Source: Bigelowiella natans CCMP2755 (lineage: Eukaryota > Protista > Cercozoa). From it: DNA of 64,000 bases. Where the stretch lies: the NCBI GenBank assembly GCA_000320545.1, contig ADNK01000544.1:62001-126000 (forward strand), given 5' to 3'. This document shows positions 1-13,867 of the stretch, piece by piece (the first letter of the stretch is position 1; each line of letters opens with the position of its first letter). A model generated the notes under the pieces. The model had not been told where the DNA came from and did not search any database. It was given only the letters and a program-made list of their open reading frames with translations. The position numbers were made by a program, and so were the translations under genes.

Positions 1-3000
1 GTGCAACATCCCTTGCAACCTATCTTTTGCACTAGCGCTGATTCTAAGCCATTTAGATAGATTTATCATGCTTTGAGATAATCCTTTCAGCCTTCTTTCG
101 ACGGCAACCACTTTATTATCGATTCGGAGTTTAGTAGGTTCAAAGTGCGTTTCTAAAACACTTATTCCTTTCTGGAATTTCGAAATAGCATTTCTCTGCA
201 TCTCCAACCTTTCTTGAATTTCAGCATCCCTTGCTTCGGCTTCTACGGTGTCTTTCAACATGACATTTTCTTCTTGGCTCTTTTTACTCTCCAATATTTG
301 TACCTGTTTCAGCAGTTTTTTATTTGATGCGGCCATCACTTCAAGTTGCTCCGTTGCCGCTTGGTGTTCTTGTTGAACACGTTCAAGTTTTTCCTTCACC
401 TTCTCCGTCCCATTGATGTCACTTTTCATTTGGAGTTTCATCAACGATGAAGCACGCCTCATTCGTTCAATTTCTCCAGATTTCGCCTAGTGTATGATCA
501 TACATAGCATCATTAGAGTCATCTGTGCTTAAAGTTTTTAAAATTATTTGCGTGGAGTTTCTAAACGCATGTTGGAGCTTACTTTCAAAGCAGTTATCTG
601 TGCCTCATATTGAGAGCTGGTGGTACTTATTTTCTCTGTAAGAGTGTCTATTTTTTCCATGAGCGACTTGTGTTCGTTCTTTAATTTCGTTACTTGTACA
701 TCCACTTGCTTCTTAGCGAGGAGAACTGTCTCATACTTTTCGATATTGGCAGCTAGAGTCTTCGTCCTGTCTTCGAGTTGAACATTGATCTCATTTCGCG
801 AATCTATGAGTTTTCCGTTTTCCGTTTCCAATTTAGAATTTGCATTTTGCAAATTCAGGATTTCAAGCCTCTGACTTTCCTGAGTTTCACCAAGATTTTC
901 GTTCTGAGATTTGAGTTCAGAAATTTCCGCTTTTAACGCGGCCATGTTTTGTTCAAATTTCTCGCAATCTTGAAGATTAGTTTCCATGGAAATCTTAAGT
1001 TTGCGTTCCAACAGTTCTAGTTGCTTATGGGTCTCAGATTTTCCTTTACTGACAGCATCTTTGAGTTTCAACTCTTGCTTTGTTGCCACCAAATCTTTTG
1101 CAAGACGATTGCATTTCTCCTGTGCGATTTCGAATTTGTCGGTCTCTCTCTGCAATTGTGAAGCAAGAGAGTCTCTTGATGCTACGAGTTTCCCTATGGC
1201 ATCGACCTTTTCTTGAAATTCGGACTTCAAGCTCTTAAATTCTTCGCTCTTTTCAGATAGTCGTTCTTGGAGAGATTCCACTTCTCTGTCTGCAACCTCC
1301 GCATGAGTTTTGTAAGTTTGTGCCTTTGCAGAGTCGTCAACTCTCTGTTTTGCGATCGATTCTAGCTTGAGTTCCAAGGCCCCACATTTTTCTTTCTCGC
1401 AAACCAATGCCTCTCTCTCTAATTGTAAGGCTTTTTTGTACTCTTGATCTATTTTTTTCCTTTCTAAAAGTAATTGAGAATGTTTTTGAGAAGTTAATTT
1501 CTGCTCCATCCTTAAAGCTCTGACCAACTTACACGTTTGCTCCAAGCTATCGCTGAGAGTGTCGCCATCCTTAAATTGCTTCCCACAAAGGGATGTAACG
1601 TTCTCGGTAAATTTTTTTGTTTGGTTCATAAGTGCGCGCGTTTCAGCAGCAGAATCTTCAACCTGACATCTAAGGCTATCAATGGTCTCGTTGAGTGACG
1701 TGCGTTCGCTTTGAAGCTTCTCGAGTTTCAATTCAACTTGCTTGTTCGCTTCAACAATTTGCTCATACTTTTCAACCTTTGCAGCGAGGACATTTGACTT
1801 ATTTTCAAGCTTCGCTTTAAGAGTTTGGATTTCTTCTTTAAGTTTTTTTTCCACAGTCTTTAGATCTTCGTTTTCGGATTCTAGCCTAGTGTGCCTTTCC
1901 ATAATATCTTGGATGGCTAATTTTTGACGTTTATTCAGATAATCAACTTCTTGTCTTTGTGTCTTGAGAGTGGAAACCTTACTTTTTAATTCTGACATAC
2001 TCTTTTCAAAATTTTCGCGATCTTTCAGATTCGTTTCCAGTGAAATGTGCAATTTGCGATCTAACTTTTCTATTTGCCTCAGCGACTTGGAATGCTCGTT
2101 GGCAGTGGCGTTGGCTTCTACATCTTGCTGTCGAATCCGGTTCTCCAACGCGGCCACATCTCTGACAAGATCCTCGCGTTTTTTCCTTTCTTTTGCAACA
2201 TTGTCAGATTCTGTTTTCAACTGTAGAACAAGATGCTCCTTAGATTCCCCAAGATTTTTAATACTATCAACTTGTTTGTCGTACTCGGATTGCAAACGAT
2301 GGAGTTGCTGAGAGCTTTCCCGCAACTGCTCCTGGAGAGTCCCCACTTCTTTTTCTGCGTTCTCCATGCGAGTTCTATAAGTATCTACTTCAGAAGAAAT
2401 ATCGGCCTGGTTCTTTATCGCTGAATCATATTTGCATTTTAGAGTCTCAAAATTTGCCTTTTGGTGTTTCAAAGCATCTCTTTCGGTTTGCAAAGACTCT
2501 TTATACTCATGCTGTAATTTTCTCTTTTCAGAATTTGCCTTTGTTATTTTTTGGAAAGAAGAATCCCGCTCCATCTTAAGAGCTTTGACAAATTGACAAG
2601 CTTGCTCTACGCTTTCTTTTATGCTGTCGCCTATTTCTATTTCTTTCCCACAATGGATGGAAATTTTTCTGATAAATTGCGACGTGCGTTCTCTTGAAGC
2701 TCGGGCTCCAGCAGTAGCAATTTCTACTTGGCGTCTTTGGGCATCAAAATTTTCTTTCAGAGTCTTGTGCTCACTTCTCAGCTTTCCAAGTTCTGCTGCA
2801 ATCCGATTTTTTGCTATAATACTTGATTCGTATTTTTTTAAATTGGAAGCAATAGTATTTAATTTTTCATCGAGTTGTGTTCTTTGAGCTCGGACATTCC
2901 TCTGAAGATTCTCTTCTGAGATTCGAAGAGCTGTAATCTCTGATTCTAATTTCGTGTTTTTCTCATTTAAATCACTGACTTCCACTCTTTTACGCTCGTC

Positions 3001-5069
3001 CGTATCGAGCAGTTGTTGAATTTGTAGATTGAGATCGGCAATCTCTTGTTTAGACAGAGACATATTTCGTTCAAAACTTTCGCGATCTTTCAGAAGAGAT
3101 TTAATTTCGGACTCTAATTTCGTGTTTTTCTCATTTAAATCACTGACTTCCACTCTTTTACGCTCGTCCGTATCGAGCAGTTGTTGAATTTGCAGCTTGA
3201 GATCGGTGATCTCTTGTTTAGACAGAGACATATTTCGTTCAAAACTTTCGCGATCTTTCAGAAGAGATTTAATTTCGGACTCTAATTTCGTGTTTTTCTC
3301 ATTTAAATCACTGACTTCCACTCTTTTACGCTCGTCTGTATCGAGCAGTTGTTGAATTTGCAGCTTGAGATCGGTAATCTCTTGTTTAGACAGAGACATA
3401 TTTCTTTCAAAGCCTTCACGATCTTTCAGATTTGTTTCCACGGATACCTGAAATTTTCGATTCAGATCTTCAAGTTGCTTTTTCGTATCAGAGTAAACTC
3501 TTGCTGTTGCACTTGCAGCAGCAGCTCTTTGTTTCAAGTCCTCCTTCAGCACAATCAAATCTTCAGTCAGCCTTTCGCATTTCTCTTGTTGTACTTCCTT
3601 TATTTTCTTCTCGGATCGAAGCTGAGATTCGAGGTCTTCTTGAATGTTTGTGAGATTCGTAATGACTTTTGCTTTGCGTCCAATCTCGTCATCTTTTTTA
3701 CCAAGCTCGACAGCTTGCTCACTAATCATCTTTCGCTCGATTTCTACCTGAGCGGTAAGTGCTTCAACTTTTTCCAGTGAAATTTTCAGTTCCTCCGACA
3801 CTCTTAAAATTTTAAATTTCAGATGCACACTGTCTTTCAGTTTTCGGACCGCAGTCTTCAATTCAGCTTCTAGATCGGCAGCTTTTTGCTTGAAACTTGC
3901 AGCTGATCTGGCCTGAGCTTGCTTTTCCGTTTCATTTTGTAAAAGATTCATGTTTAAATCACTAATTTCTTTTCGGCGCATTTGGACCTCACTACCAAGT
4001 CGAACTACTTTGTCGTGAAGGTTATTTCGCTCTAGTTCTATCTGGGGATATTTCTCCAAGAATTCTTCGTTTCTCTTAATACTATCACGAAGTCTGGAAT
4101 TTGTATTTTGCAATTCAACTATGCTTCCACGAAGATCATTGCATTCTAATTCTACGTTTCCATATTTTTTCAACAACTTTCCTTTTCTCCTCATTGTATG
4201 ACGAAGCCCTGACACAATATTTTGCAATTTAAGGACCTCGCGATCTTGCTTTCCTAGCTTCCCTTGAAGTAATGCAACCTCTTCTGATTTCTGCTTTGTT
4301 GCCCAGTTTGAAGACTCGATTTCGCTTCTGCAATTCTCAAGTCTTGATTCTAGGATTGTTATTTCATCTTCCTTCGATTTTAGCATATGGGCGTATTGAT
4401 TCAATTGATCGGTAAGGCTTAAAATTGTTGCATTAAGGCCATGTACTTGTCTGCCTGGGACACGAGATGTATCATAGGATATTTCTTCTTCTGCTAAGGT
4501 TTCTGTTTCATCGAAATTCTCATCGGGTACATAAAGTTCCTGAGTAGATTTTGAATCTTGTTTTCTCGTGATCTCACGAAGATTCAACGTGTGCTCTTCC
4601 TCCATTTTACTTTTTCCTAATATAGCATTGATAAGCGAATCTACGACTGGATGGCTTTTACTTTGCTGGAGAGCCTCGATAGCCTCCTTCTGTTTCACGA
4701 GCCTCTGTTCACGTTCCGAAATTTGTTCAAAGTTCAACTTCATTTCCTTTCTCAAAGTTTCAATCTCTGACAACGTTCTTTGCTGTCTTGCTTTCTTCTT
4801 TATTGAGGAACTTTCTGCAACCATCTTCTCAGCAACGGTTTTCTCAGAAGGGGGTTTCGGATGAGGCAATTCTTGCTGAATTTGTTTCCTCTGTAGCTTC
4901 ACACTCATGGCAGCCATTTTATTATCTTTAGACTCAATAACCTCATTTTCCCCCTTTTGAGAGGCTTTCATTTCCGTTGAAGAAGCGGCAGGCTCCTCAT
5001 GGCTCGGCTATCGTAAGTTTGTACATATGAGCAACTCCTTTTCGCTCTCTCTCTCTCTCTCTCTCTCTA

Positions 5070-5153
<84 letters not shown>

Positions 5154-5803
5154 GCTATGCTTATGAGGGGAAGGGGAGACGGCGAGGAGGAGATAACAAG
5201 CAACATTTATTCATTTCGCAAAAGTTATTTCTGAAGATATGCGATATCTATTACATTTTGGCTGGATTTGCTATTCGTCAATGAAGTCGGGGCTGGTGTT
5301 GGGTTGTCAGCTAGATTCATATTTCTCAAGTTAAGTTTGGGCTTCATCTTCGTTTTCAGTTCCTATAAATTTAGTAAATAATTTGAGAACCCCGTATTCA
5401 TTCAAGTATTTTTTACAGGTACCTCGCATTTCTGCTGCAAGGCTTGTATCTTATGAGCAGTTTTATTAAGTGAACTGGGTAGTGCAGGCTGGGCTTTCCT
5501 CTTTGGTGTAACCAGGACGCTTCTCAAAGAATTCACACTGGAATTATCATCACCCAGTTCCCAAGAAGGTGTGCCTGGAGCCTCATGACTGCTTTTGTTT
5601 GGAGTCCTCGTCTCGATATTGTGTATGCGGTGGCTTTTCACTCCACCTCTCTTTGAACTTAGACGTTGAATTCTAACATCTATCTCATCCCCCCTCTTAG
5701 GCGTGCGAAAGTCAATTTTCCGCGGAAAAGGTGGTGACCTTGAATGACTTGGGGGTTCTTCTGGAATCGAAAATCCACGACTCGGGTCCTGGGCGTGTGC
5801 CAT
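1..5803 (-). CDS. Very large coiled-coil (myosin-tail/centrosomal-like) protein; 3' end runs off the window start
   Basis: Spliced exons at about 5803-5423, 5362-5255, 5007-583 (contains the 1475-aa ORF) and 486-<1, joined in frame by GT-AG introns. The protein is E/K/L/Q/S-rich with heptad periodicity and internal repeats. No specific orthologue recognised. Confidence 0.85.
2940..3430 (-). repeat. Coding tandem repeat, about 3 x 168 bp (56 aa, 8 heptads), near-identical copies
   Basis: LKDRE(S/G)FERNMSLSKQEI(T/A)DL(K/N)LQIQQLLDTDERKRVEVSDLNEKNTKLESEI occurs three times. 'cgatctttcagaagagatttaatttcggactc' recurs at 3083 and 3251, a period of 168. Confidence 0.95.
5045..5153. repeat. Compound intronic microsatellite (CT)n(TA)n(TG)n, representative of dozens in the window
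   Basis: Directly visible, inside the intron at about 5254-5008. Confidence 0.95.
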
Positions 5804-6550
5804 ATTGCCGCTACTCAGAATAGTTTACCGTTTTCTCTGTTCAATGAACACGAATAATTGTGAGACCGCATGCATGGGTGTAGATTAGGATTTTGGAATT
5901 TTTCGAAGCTCTCCTTAGTCTCTATCATTCTCTCTAGCTTTTGAGACAAGATAAAGTCCATAACACATAAATCCATGCTTGAATAATTCAGTCTACGTAC
6001 GATTTTTCGAAAATAATTCACTCAATCTCTGCACCCCCCCCCCTCTCTCTCTCACTCTCTATCTATCTCTCTTTCTCTCAAAAATGAACACCTTCACACA
6101 TATCCTTGCAGGTATGGGACCGCCACTGCACTCCCGGATGTAATGTTCTGTTTTACCATCTGCGACATATAAGTCCCAAAGACGCTATTGCAAATTCAAG
6201 AGTGTTAAATTTACATGTTGGAAATTGGCGCGCTTCTATTCTTTTTATTATCAGCTGGCGATTATTTGATGATTTTGGTGCAAACAGATGCATTATTGAT
6301 TAGCGACTTTCACCAAATCACTCCACATTGGCAAAAAGGATGAATTGGGGGAAATGTTTGGATATGAGTCGTTCAGGAGGCTGTCGCTCTGTATATTTTG
6401 AAGCTGTTTTCTTCTAAACAACATGTTCCTATTTTAGCCCTACTATTCCTTGGGTAACCGAAACACTGAAATACAACACACACGTGTCCAGAAACGCTTC
6501 ATCAGCCCGGATACAGTAGCCTCTCCTTCCCCGCTGCACTGGCCAGAATT

Positions 6551-8421
6551 ATGACAAGTGCCGGTGGAAACGAAGATGTGGACGCTCTCGATTCTCTGTT
6601 AGAATCACAGGTGATCGATCGATGATTTGTGTGAAAGGGCAAGTAGTAAAGTTGCAGCAATTATTATTTCCTCATCGAACTATCGGATAGTTCCGATATT
6701 ATTCCTCGAGAACAATAGATTTAGTGCCAATGTATTGTTTTACGGTGCATAGGCACTCTATTGAGGTCCTCACATCTTAACATTTCCAGGAATACAAGGA
6801 GCTTACAGAATCTCACAGATGTGTATTCGAATCCTTCGATTCGAGGACGGTGTGTTACAACTATCTTTGAACATCTCATTCGACAAATAATTTTTATTTT
6901 GCAACAGATGTGCCGAGACTATCCTCCTTTTTGGGAGCATGCGCATAAGAAGGTGAATAGTAAATGTGGGGTGCCATTTTGCATACTCTCCCTTAAGATC
7001 GATACCACCTCCTAAGATGCACTTGAAACCGTAATGCACCATTCCAACTTCCAGGCAATGTACAAAGGAGGAACATATATTTCGAATCGCAAGCGAGTCA
7101 ACTTCGTTGGTGGATGTCCTAAACAATACAAAGACTTTAAGTCTAAGATCACTTTCACAAGATGGCGTATGATGGAATTACCGAGATCTCTAAACTGCAA
7201 GCGCCCTCTCAAAACAGATTTAAGGCCCGACCTGTACTCTTATGTTCCAGAAGTAGCTACTGAGAATACAAAAGGCAACCTTGCTGAATTTTATGTCAAC
7301 TTCGCCGACGAAGATCTCTTTAGGTAAGAGAAAATTAAGAATCAGGAACGTTGAAAAGAATACTGGGCAAAAACTGAATTAGAAATAGCTTGGTACAGAA
7401 ATATTCGTAAAAACACACTTTTAAGCAAATCTGATGAGGAGTGACCAAATTTAAGTGCAAAATCTAATTGCAAATATATTTACTTATCATATTCCTGTAG
7501 GAACTACGGATCGAAAGCTTTCGATCAAGATGAAATAATGGTATAACTTCAGCTACCTTCTCGACGTACGTACTCTATGGAACTTCCATCTCACCTAAAT
7601 CTAACCTCAAAGGTATGCGAGCATCCAATTCTCGGAAGTTTGCGCGAAAAATTGATCGCACATCAGAGTGATGCCAGGCTTCTGAACTCATCGATGGTGG
7701 GTTCCATACGAAACTACGGATAACATCGCGGCAAGCTACATATTTCATTTCACAAAGAAGTGCTAAAGTTATACACAAACATATTAGTCCTGTTCAAAAG
7801 ATACGACTTCGTTTCCTCCCCTACTTCAGGTGACCACTCTCTCAGAAGAGCAGATAAAGCAAGAAACTGCATCTCCCGTGTGCGACACGCCTTGCATCAT
7901 ACTAGGAGCAGAACGCCATCTTAAGGCAGTGATATGATCGTGATGAAGATGACGATGATAATGATCATAACGATATAATGATGCTCACTACTTCGATGAT
8001 GCTCACTACCTCGATACTAATTAAGGGAAGCTAATTGTAAAGTATTTGAAAGTGTGTGTGGGATATTTACCTACAAGAGGGACACAAGATTGTTCTGATA
8101 TAATTCTAGTCTAATCACCATCCTCCTCCCCTAGATCCATACGATGCCAAGTAAGGAAAGAGGGATCTCAAAGGGATTATATGGCAAAGAATTTTGTAAC
8201 TTCTTCATGTTCCCATGTTGCCGCAATGGTATTTCACCAAAACCCCCCCCCCCCCCCCGCCCCCCCCACAGGCCTCGCTTCCAGATCTCAAGTACTATCA
8301 AATTGTGAGCAGGTGGAATAGGAAGAGGAGAAAGAAAACAATTATGATCGAAGAGGGCCTTCTTCATTACTTTTCAAAAGCAAAAACGTGTTTCTTTTCT
8401 CTCCATAGCCCCCCTTCCCCT

Positions 8422-8466
<45 letters not shown>

Positions 8467-8815
8467 CGCTCGCTCGCTCCCTGTCAACCGATGGGAGAGT
8501 GTGTGTGTGTGTGTGTGTAAAAGGGTGAGTGCAAGAGAAAAATGCCGATGTTTCGGTTCATTATTTCTTCAAAATTGGTTTGCAATTTAAGATTCGGACA
8601 TCGAGACGATCGAACATCATTTGTATGGCTACTGGGGTTACAGGGAGAGGGGTATTAAGTCTTAGCACCAAATACCACAAGCATCTTCTTGAGTGGCAGT
8701 TTCTCTGCCCTTACACTCCTCCTCTCCCCCGTTGAACATAAACCACCACAATTTATAACAGACCCCGAGTAGTATTAACAGTTAAACTTATAAATTGACA
8801 CCATAGGCTGCACGT

Positions 8816-8878
<63 letters not shown>

Positions 8879-9131
8879 CCATATTACTCACAAACATATA
8901 CGTTATAGGAATATTCTGTGGACGACATTAACCGATTGCTTCGTACTGCTTACACTGCGTTTAGAGCAGCCAAAGCATGCGCTATGGTATTAATAATAAC
9001 TCGAAAATTATTCTGACACAGTATTCAAGATACACGTACTTTTAATTAATTCTCATCCTGAAACAAATAGACAATGGACATTGCAAAGTCCCCTCCTGAT
9101 CCCAAGGCTGAAACAGGTTTTTGGCTCTTTA

Positions 9132-9202
<71 letters not shown>

Positions 9203-9591
9203 TGTGTGTGTAATACTCACTCGTGACGAAAGAAACACCATTTATCCTACTTCCCAATCTTTCACCTCAGGAGAAGGAAAAAAAATAACAATGAAACCCA
9301 GTTGTATATCTACAATCATCCATACTGGCTGCTGGGGCTGTGGTATATATATAATCTTGAAAAACGTATTGTAGATATACAACTACGACACCGTGGAACT
9401 GAGGATATAGTGTTGGGACCAAGTTTATGGCCATGTACCTGATTCTGAAAAATTAATATGGAAAATTAGGATCTTCTGGGGGCAACATCCAAGTCTCATG
9501 TCTTATCCAAACCCTTGCTGCAAGGTGAACGATTATTAACTATCTAATTGTCCTTGATACCATCTGTATTTCAAATTATTATCAGCAGCAG

Positions 9592-9636
<45 letters not shown>

Positions 9637-10365
9637 TGCTAAGATTTTTCGCTGATGTACGTACATCTTGCCATTATATGGTCTTGAATCTGATCGATAG
9701 GTGACTCCTAAGAACTTGCAACAAGCTTTGCAAGGCTATAAGCAGCTGTATGCTCTCACAGAGGTAATAGTTCTCACTTTTCCGTTATATAGAAGCACAC
9801 GGTACATATAAGATTGATTCACCTTATGTTCTAACTATCTATCTTGATGAATCTTTTTGTTGTTGTATATGTTGCGATCGGGTTGGATGGATCTTCCAGC
9901 GATGCAAGCTATATCCTCTATCTTCCTTGATAAAAACTATCCAAGCTCGCAAATACCCTTGGGGTGAAGATATAAACCACCTTCTTGCTGTTCTACTGCC
10001 GCTACGACTATTGCTATTGCTATTACCTCGTCAATACTGATAGCCCCGTGCAATTCACTGACTCCATCGTATTTTCAACTTACATTTCAGTGAATGCGCA
10101 CAGATACATACATACCACCTCCAATGTCTGCTACTACCGCAACCCATAGCAGCCTCATCAAAACTTCCGCCACACCCGCCACAACCAATCGGAAACCAAT
10201 CAAAATTATGGCTATTATTATTTCTACAACTACTACTACTACTACTGCTGCTACTATGGTACAGGCACCTCGCAAATAGCCCGTGAACCACTCATCAAAT
10301 CTCCTGTGAGAAACAAAAAATCCTTGACAGCTACAAGAGGTATGCACAAAGTAGATTATTATCAT

Positions 10366-10411
<46 letters not shown>

Positions 10412-12673
10412 TTTTAAAGCTCAATCACGTTAATTGTTCCATGATCTCTTGAATAATCTGTTCAATTTTGCTCCCCACCTTCTCCTCTCCTTCCGTCGTC
10501 AAATGACTATTTAAAGGAGGGAGGGACAAAAAAGAAGCACAGAGCATGGAGAATAAAGTTGGAGACAACAACATAAAGGCCAAAAGCATCGCAAAGGGCA
10601 TTCCCTATCAATCCCCCCCACCTGGGGCACCATTATCGCTCACATTAGAGGTTGCATCTAGTGCAAGGAACGACTGTTGTATTTAACAGAATTGTAGCAA
10701 CGTTTAAAACAAATGCAAGAGAAATATTATTTTAATTGTTTTGATCCATCTGTTCGTATCTACGCTTAGATATATGATGACGAGGAGGAGGACGACGAAG
10801 ATGACAAAATTAAGAAACAAGAGTCCCCTCAAGAAGAATCAATACCAGAAAAGAAAGGAAAATCTAAAAATAAAGAACCAACGGTAAGATGTGTCATGTG
10901 TGGTCATTATATTTGTTCAATTCGTCGTAAACGTTGGCTGCACTGTATTATTACTTCATTCATTGAAGCTATATTGTCTTGATTTGTGTCAATCTAGGAG
11001 GAGGAGCTGAAAGCCGCCGAGGAAGAAGCAAAGGCCAAAATCTTAGCAGAGAGAAAAGCTCGTCAGCAAGCAAGAATAGAGAAAGAGCGAAAGCGTCAGT
11101 TGCGATTAGCAAAGGGTCCGATTTTCTACTTTTTCAGGCCTGGATCATGGGTATACTTGCATATTCCTTGTCCAGAAAACGCTTTTATAGTTTGTTTCAT
11201 ATGAAGCACAAAAGCATCTTATCGTTAATTTTAGCTCTTTCACCTGATTATGCTACTTCTCGGTGTGCAAGAATTCTCTTAAAGTTTCTTCTCGATGCTG
11301 CAGTATTGATTTTGTGGCCTCCCTAATCATATTACGCGTTGTTGGCTACTGCAACGTTCTATTGTATCATTAGGCGTGCATATGGTCTCTCAGCACTTTC
11401 AAAGTGGGATCTCGTAGCTTTATCTGTGCTGGACAATATATGATGGCAGAAAAGGTCACTGATGAAACTCCCCAACAGAGAGGAAGCATTCTCTCTTTTC
11501 AATAAGTATACCCTCGTCCACTCTTTCTTGTACTGTAATATTATTAGCGCTACTATTTGTATTTGTTTGTTTTATGGTTGGGGACACTGGAGAAGTATGA
11601 TAAAACCCATTTATTTTTGGTCAAATGGCTTTAATAAGGCGCGACTATTTGGAGATAAGGACCGCATGCGGAAGATATTGAAACCAGGGGCTACTCCTGT
11701 AGAAATAAGACAAATTGGGTAATGTCTGTTTCACCACTTTGTCAATCATCCAAATGTAACCAACGTAATGTATTACGTGTATTGGCTGCAATGAGGTCAT
11801 CTTCGTCTAGCTAATCGTTGGTCCTCTCATTGATGCGAAATGTAATAGTAATTTAGCGTATTATTATTATTTAAAGTATTTCTTTGCCTCCTCCTTTTTA
11901 CCAGGCGTCACATCGCTAATGTTGATGCTAAAGTATGGGCTGCACAGATGGAACGAATAGCCATGGAGGTTTCTGCATGCACGCATAAACAAAAGCAGAC
12001 TCACGAATTTATTACTTTGAGTCTAACACGCCATATCATTCTTCCCATTACATCAATATCGATAACCTCAAATATGCGTTGCACGTTGCTCAGAGCCTTA
12101 TGGCAAAATTTGGACAAAGCTTGCACTTGAGAAACAAGTTACTTGCCACCAAAAATGCTGCTTTGGTGTATTCTTGTGTGGATGATGAAGTTTGGGGCAA
12201 CGGTCTCGATTTTCCCTATCAAGACGACCAGAGGTTGTATATATAATGAATATATATTATATGTGCACGCGTGTGTATTATGTGTGTGTTTTCTCCATTT
12301 CTCTAACTGGTAATTATAGCTTGTTTTAGTGATCATCATTGTTCACCTCCATCCAAAGCGAATCTTCCACTTTTGTAATATATCTACATTGACGACGCGC
12401 AATGTGGTTAAGATACTGTGTAGATATTTGATGACGATATAGTTGGTTGTATTTCTAATGATAATCATTATAAAAAGAGCGAAAGATCGGAAGCAATGGA
12501 GAGGAAAGAACACGTTAGGGAAGCTTCTCGAAACAGCCAGAGCCTGGACAAGGTATTACATATATATATATATATATATATATATAAACAACATATGTAA
12601 CTATTTATGAGACACAGCTATTTGAACGTGAGTGTTCTCGAGCTTAAGTTTGATTACGATTCTTCATACTATG

Positions 12674-12706
<33 letters not shown>

Positions 12707-12784
12707 TTGATGTAGTATTGTGTGTGCCGCAGGACGATGTCGTTGCCTGAAAGCGAAGGGGGGAGCACAGTCAAGGTGATACTT

Positions 12785-12822
<38 letters not shown>

Positions 12823-13817
12823 CAGCTTCAACCACCTCATTATACTTCTCATAAGCAAAGTAATAGGAGTTTCTCGAGATAGTACTGATATACGTGCGTT
12901 TGAAGGAAATGCAATTCTCATCATGTTGCATCTGAAACACGCCGTACCACAGGGTTTGGATGACCACTGGATTACGATGGATGAAATCATTGCCTTTTGC
13001 TTTCCAGAGGGTGGGTGTATAAGTGACAGATATAATATCCCTCTTACGATAACTCGTGTGGAACATTGGAGAAATAGTTGTGAGCTCATTTTTATAGGAG
13101 GTGCTTCTATGAATTGCTGCTGTGATTAGGCATTTTATTTCCTGACTCTGTGGATCGATTGTTCATGATATCTGAGCACGGCCCTCTATATCATCTGCAA
13201 ACACGCTTTTCATGCTTCTCTCAGGATACCGTGAGAGAGATGGAGGTATTATGATGATCAAATGGACCAGCTGTCGACGGATATTTAGAATATTCTCTTT
13301 AATTTTGCACCATTATGTGTGTGTGTGTGTGTGTGCGTGTGCGTGTGTGTGCTGATTGTACAAAATCCTTCGTTCGCTTGTTATCGTCGTCAAAGGCGTT
13401 AAGGAAGACAGATGCTTTTGCCAAAAAGTTGTTTGATGGGGCTCTCTTCAGCTATGATGTAAGAAAAGACAATATTCTTTACATTTATACCCGAAATAAA
13501 GAAGAAGGGTGGTTTGTAGGGGCGATGAGGATGAATTTTGATGTACACAATAAGCTTCAATTAAATCTTCGTTGGCCGTTATTTTAAAGGACATTAAAGA
13601 TCTCGATTGGGTTTCTGAGGCTGATAAGATCAAGGTGTGGGGTTATCCTGTAGGAGGCACAATACTATCCAGGCTACTTTATTATCACATAGTAGTAGTA
13701 GTAGTAGTCGTAGAAGTAGTGGTATTACGACGAGAGTTGTTGTAAGCGGGGGGCTGAGGGAGAAGACTTGGCAGTCGTGTGGGGTAGATATAAATTAAAA
13801 CACATCAATTTACCACA

Positions 13818-13867
<50 letters not shown>

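Noticed and set aside
2940-3430. Regular repeats as a CRISPR-like array
   Set aside because: There are no unique spacers; these are in-frame coding tandem repeats in a eukaryotic gene.
986-4864. Plus-strand ORFs overlapping the coiled-coil gene
   Set aside because: Antisense shadows of a long coding exon with biased codon use.
7921-7932. Possible GC-AG intron donor in the PARG-like gene
   Set aside because: A GT donor three bases downstream is in the same phase, so GC is not required.
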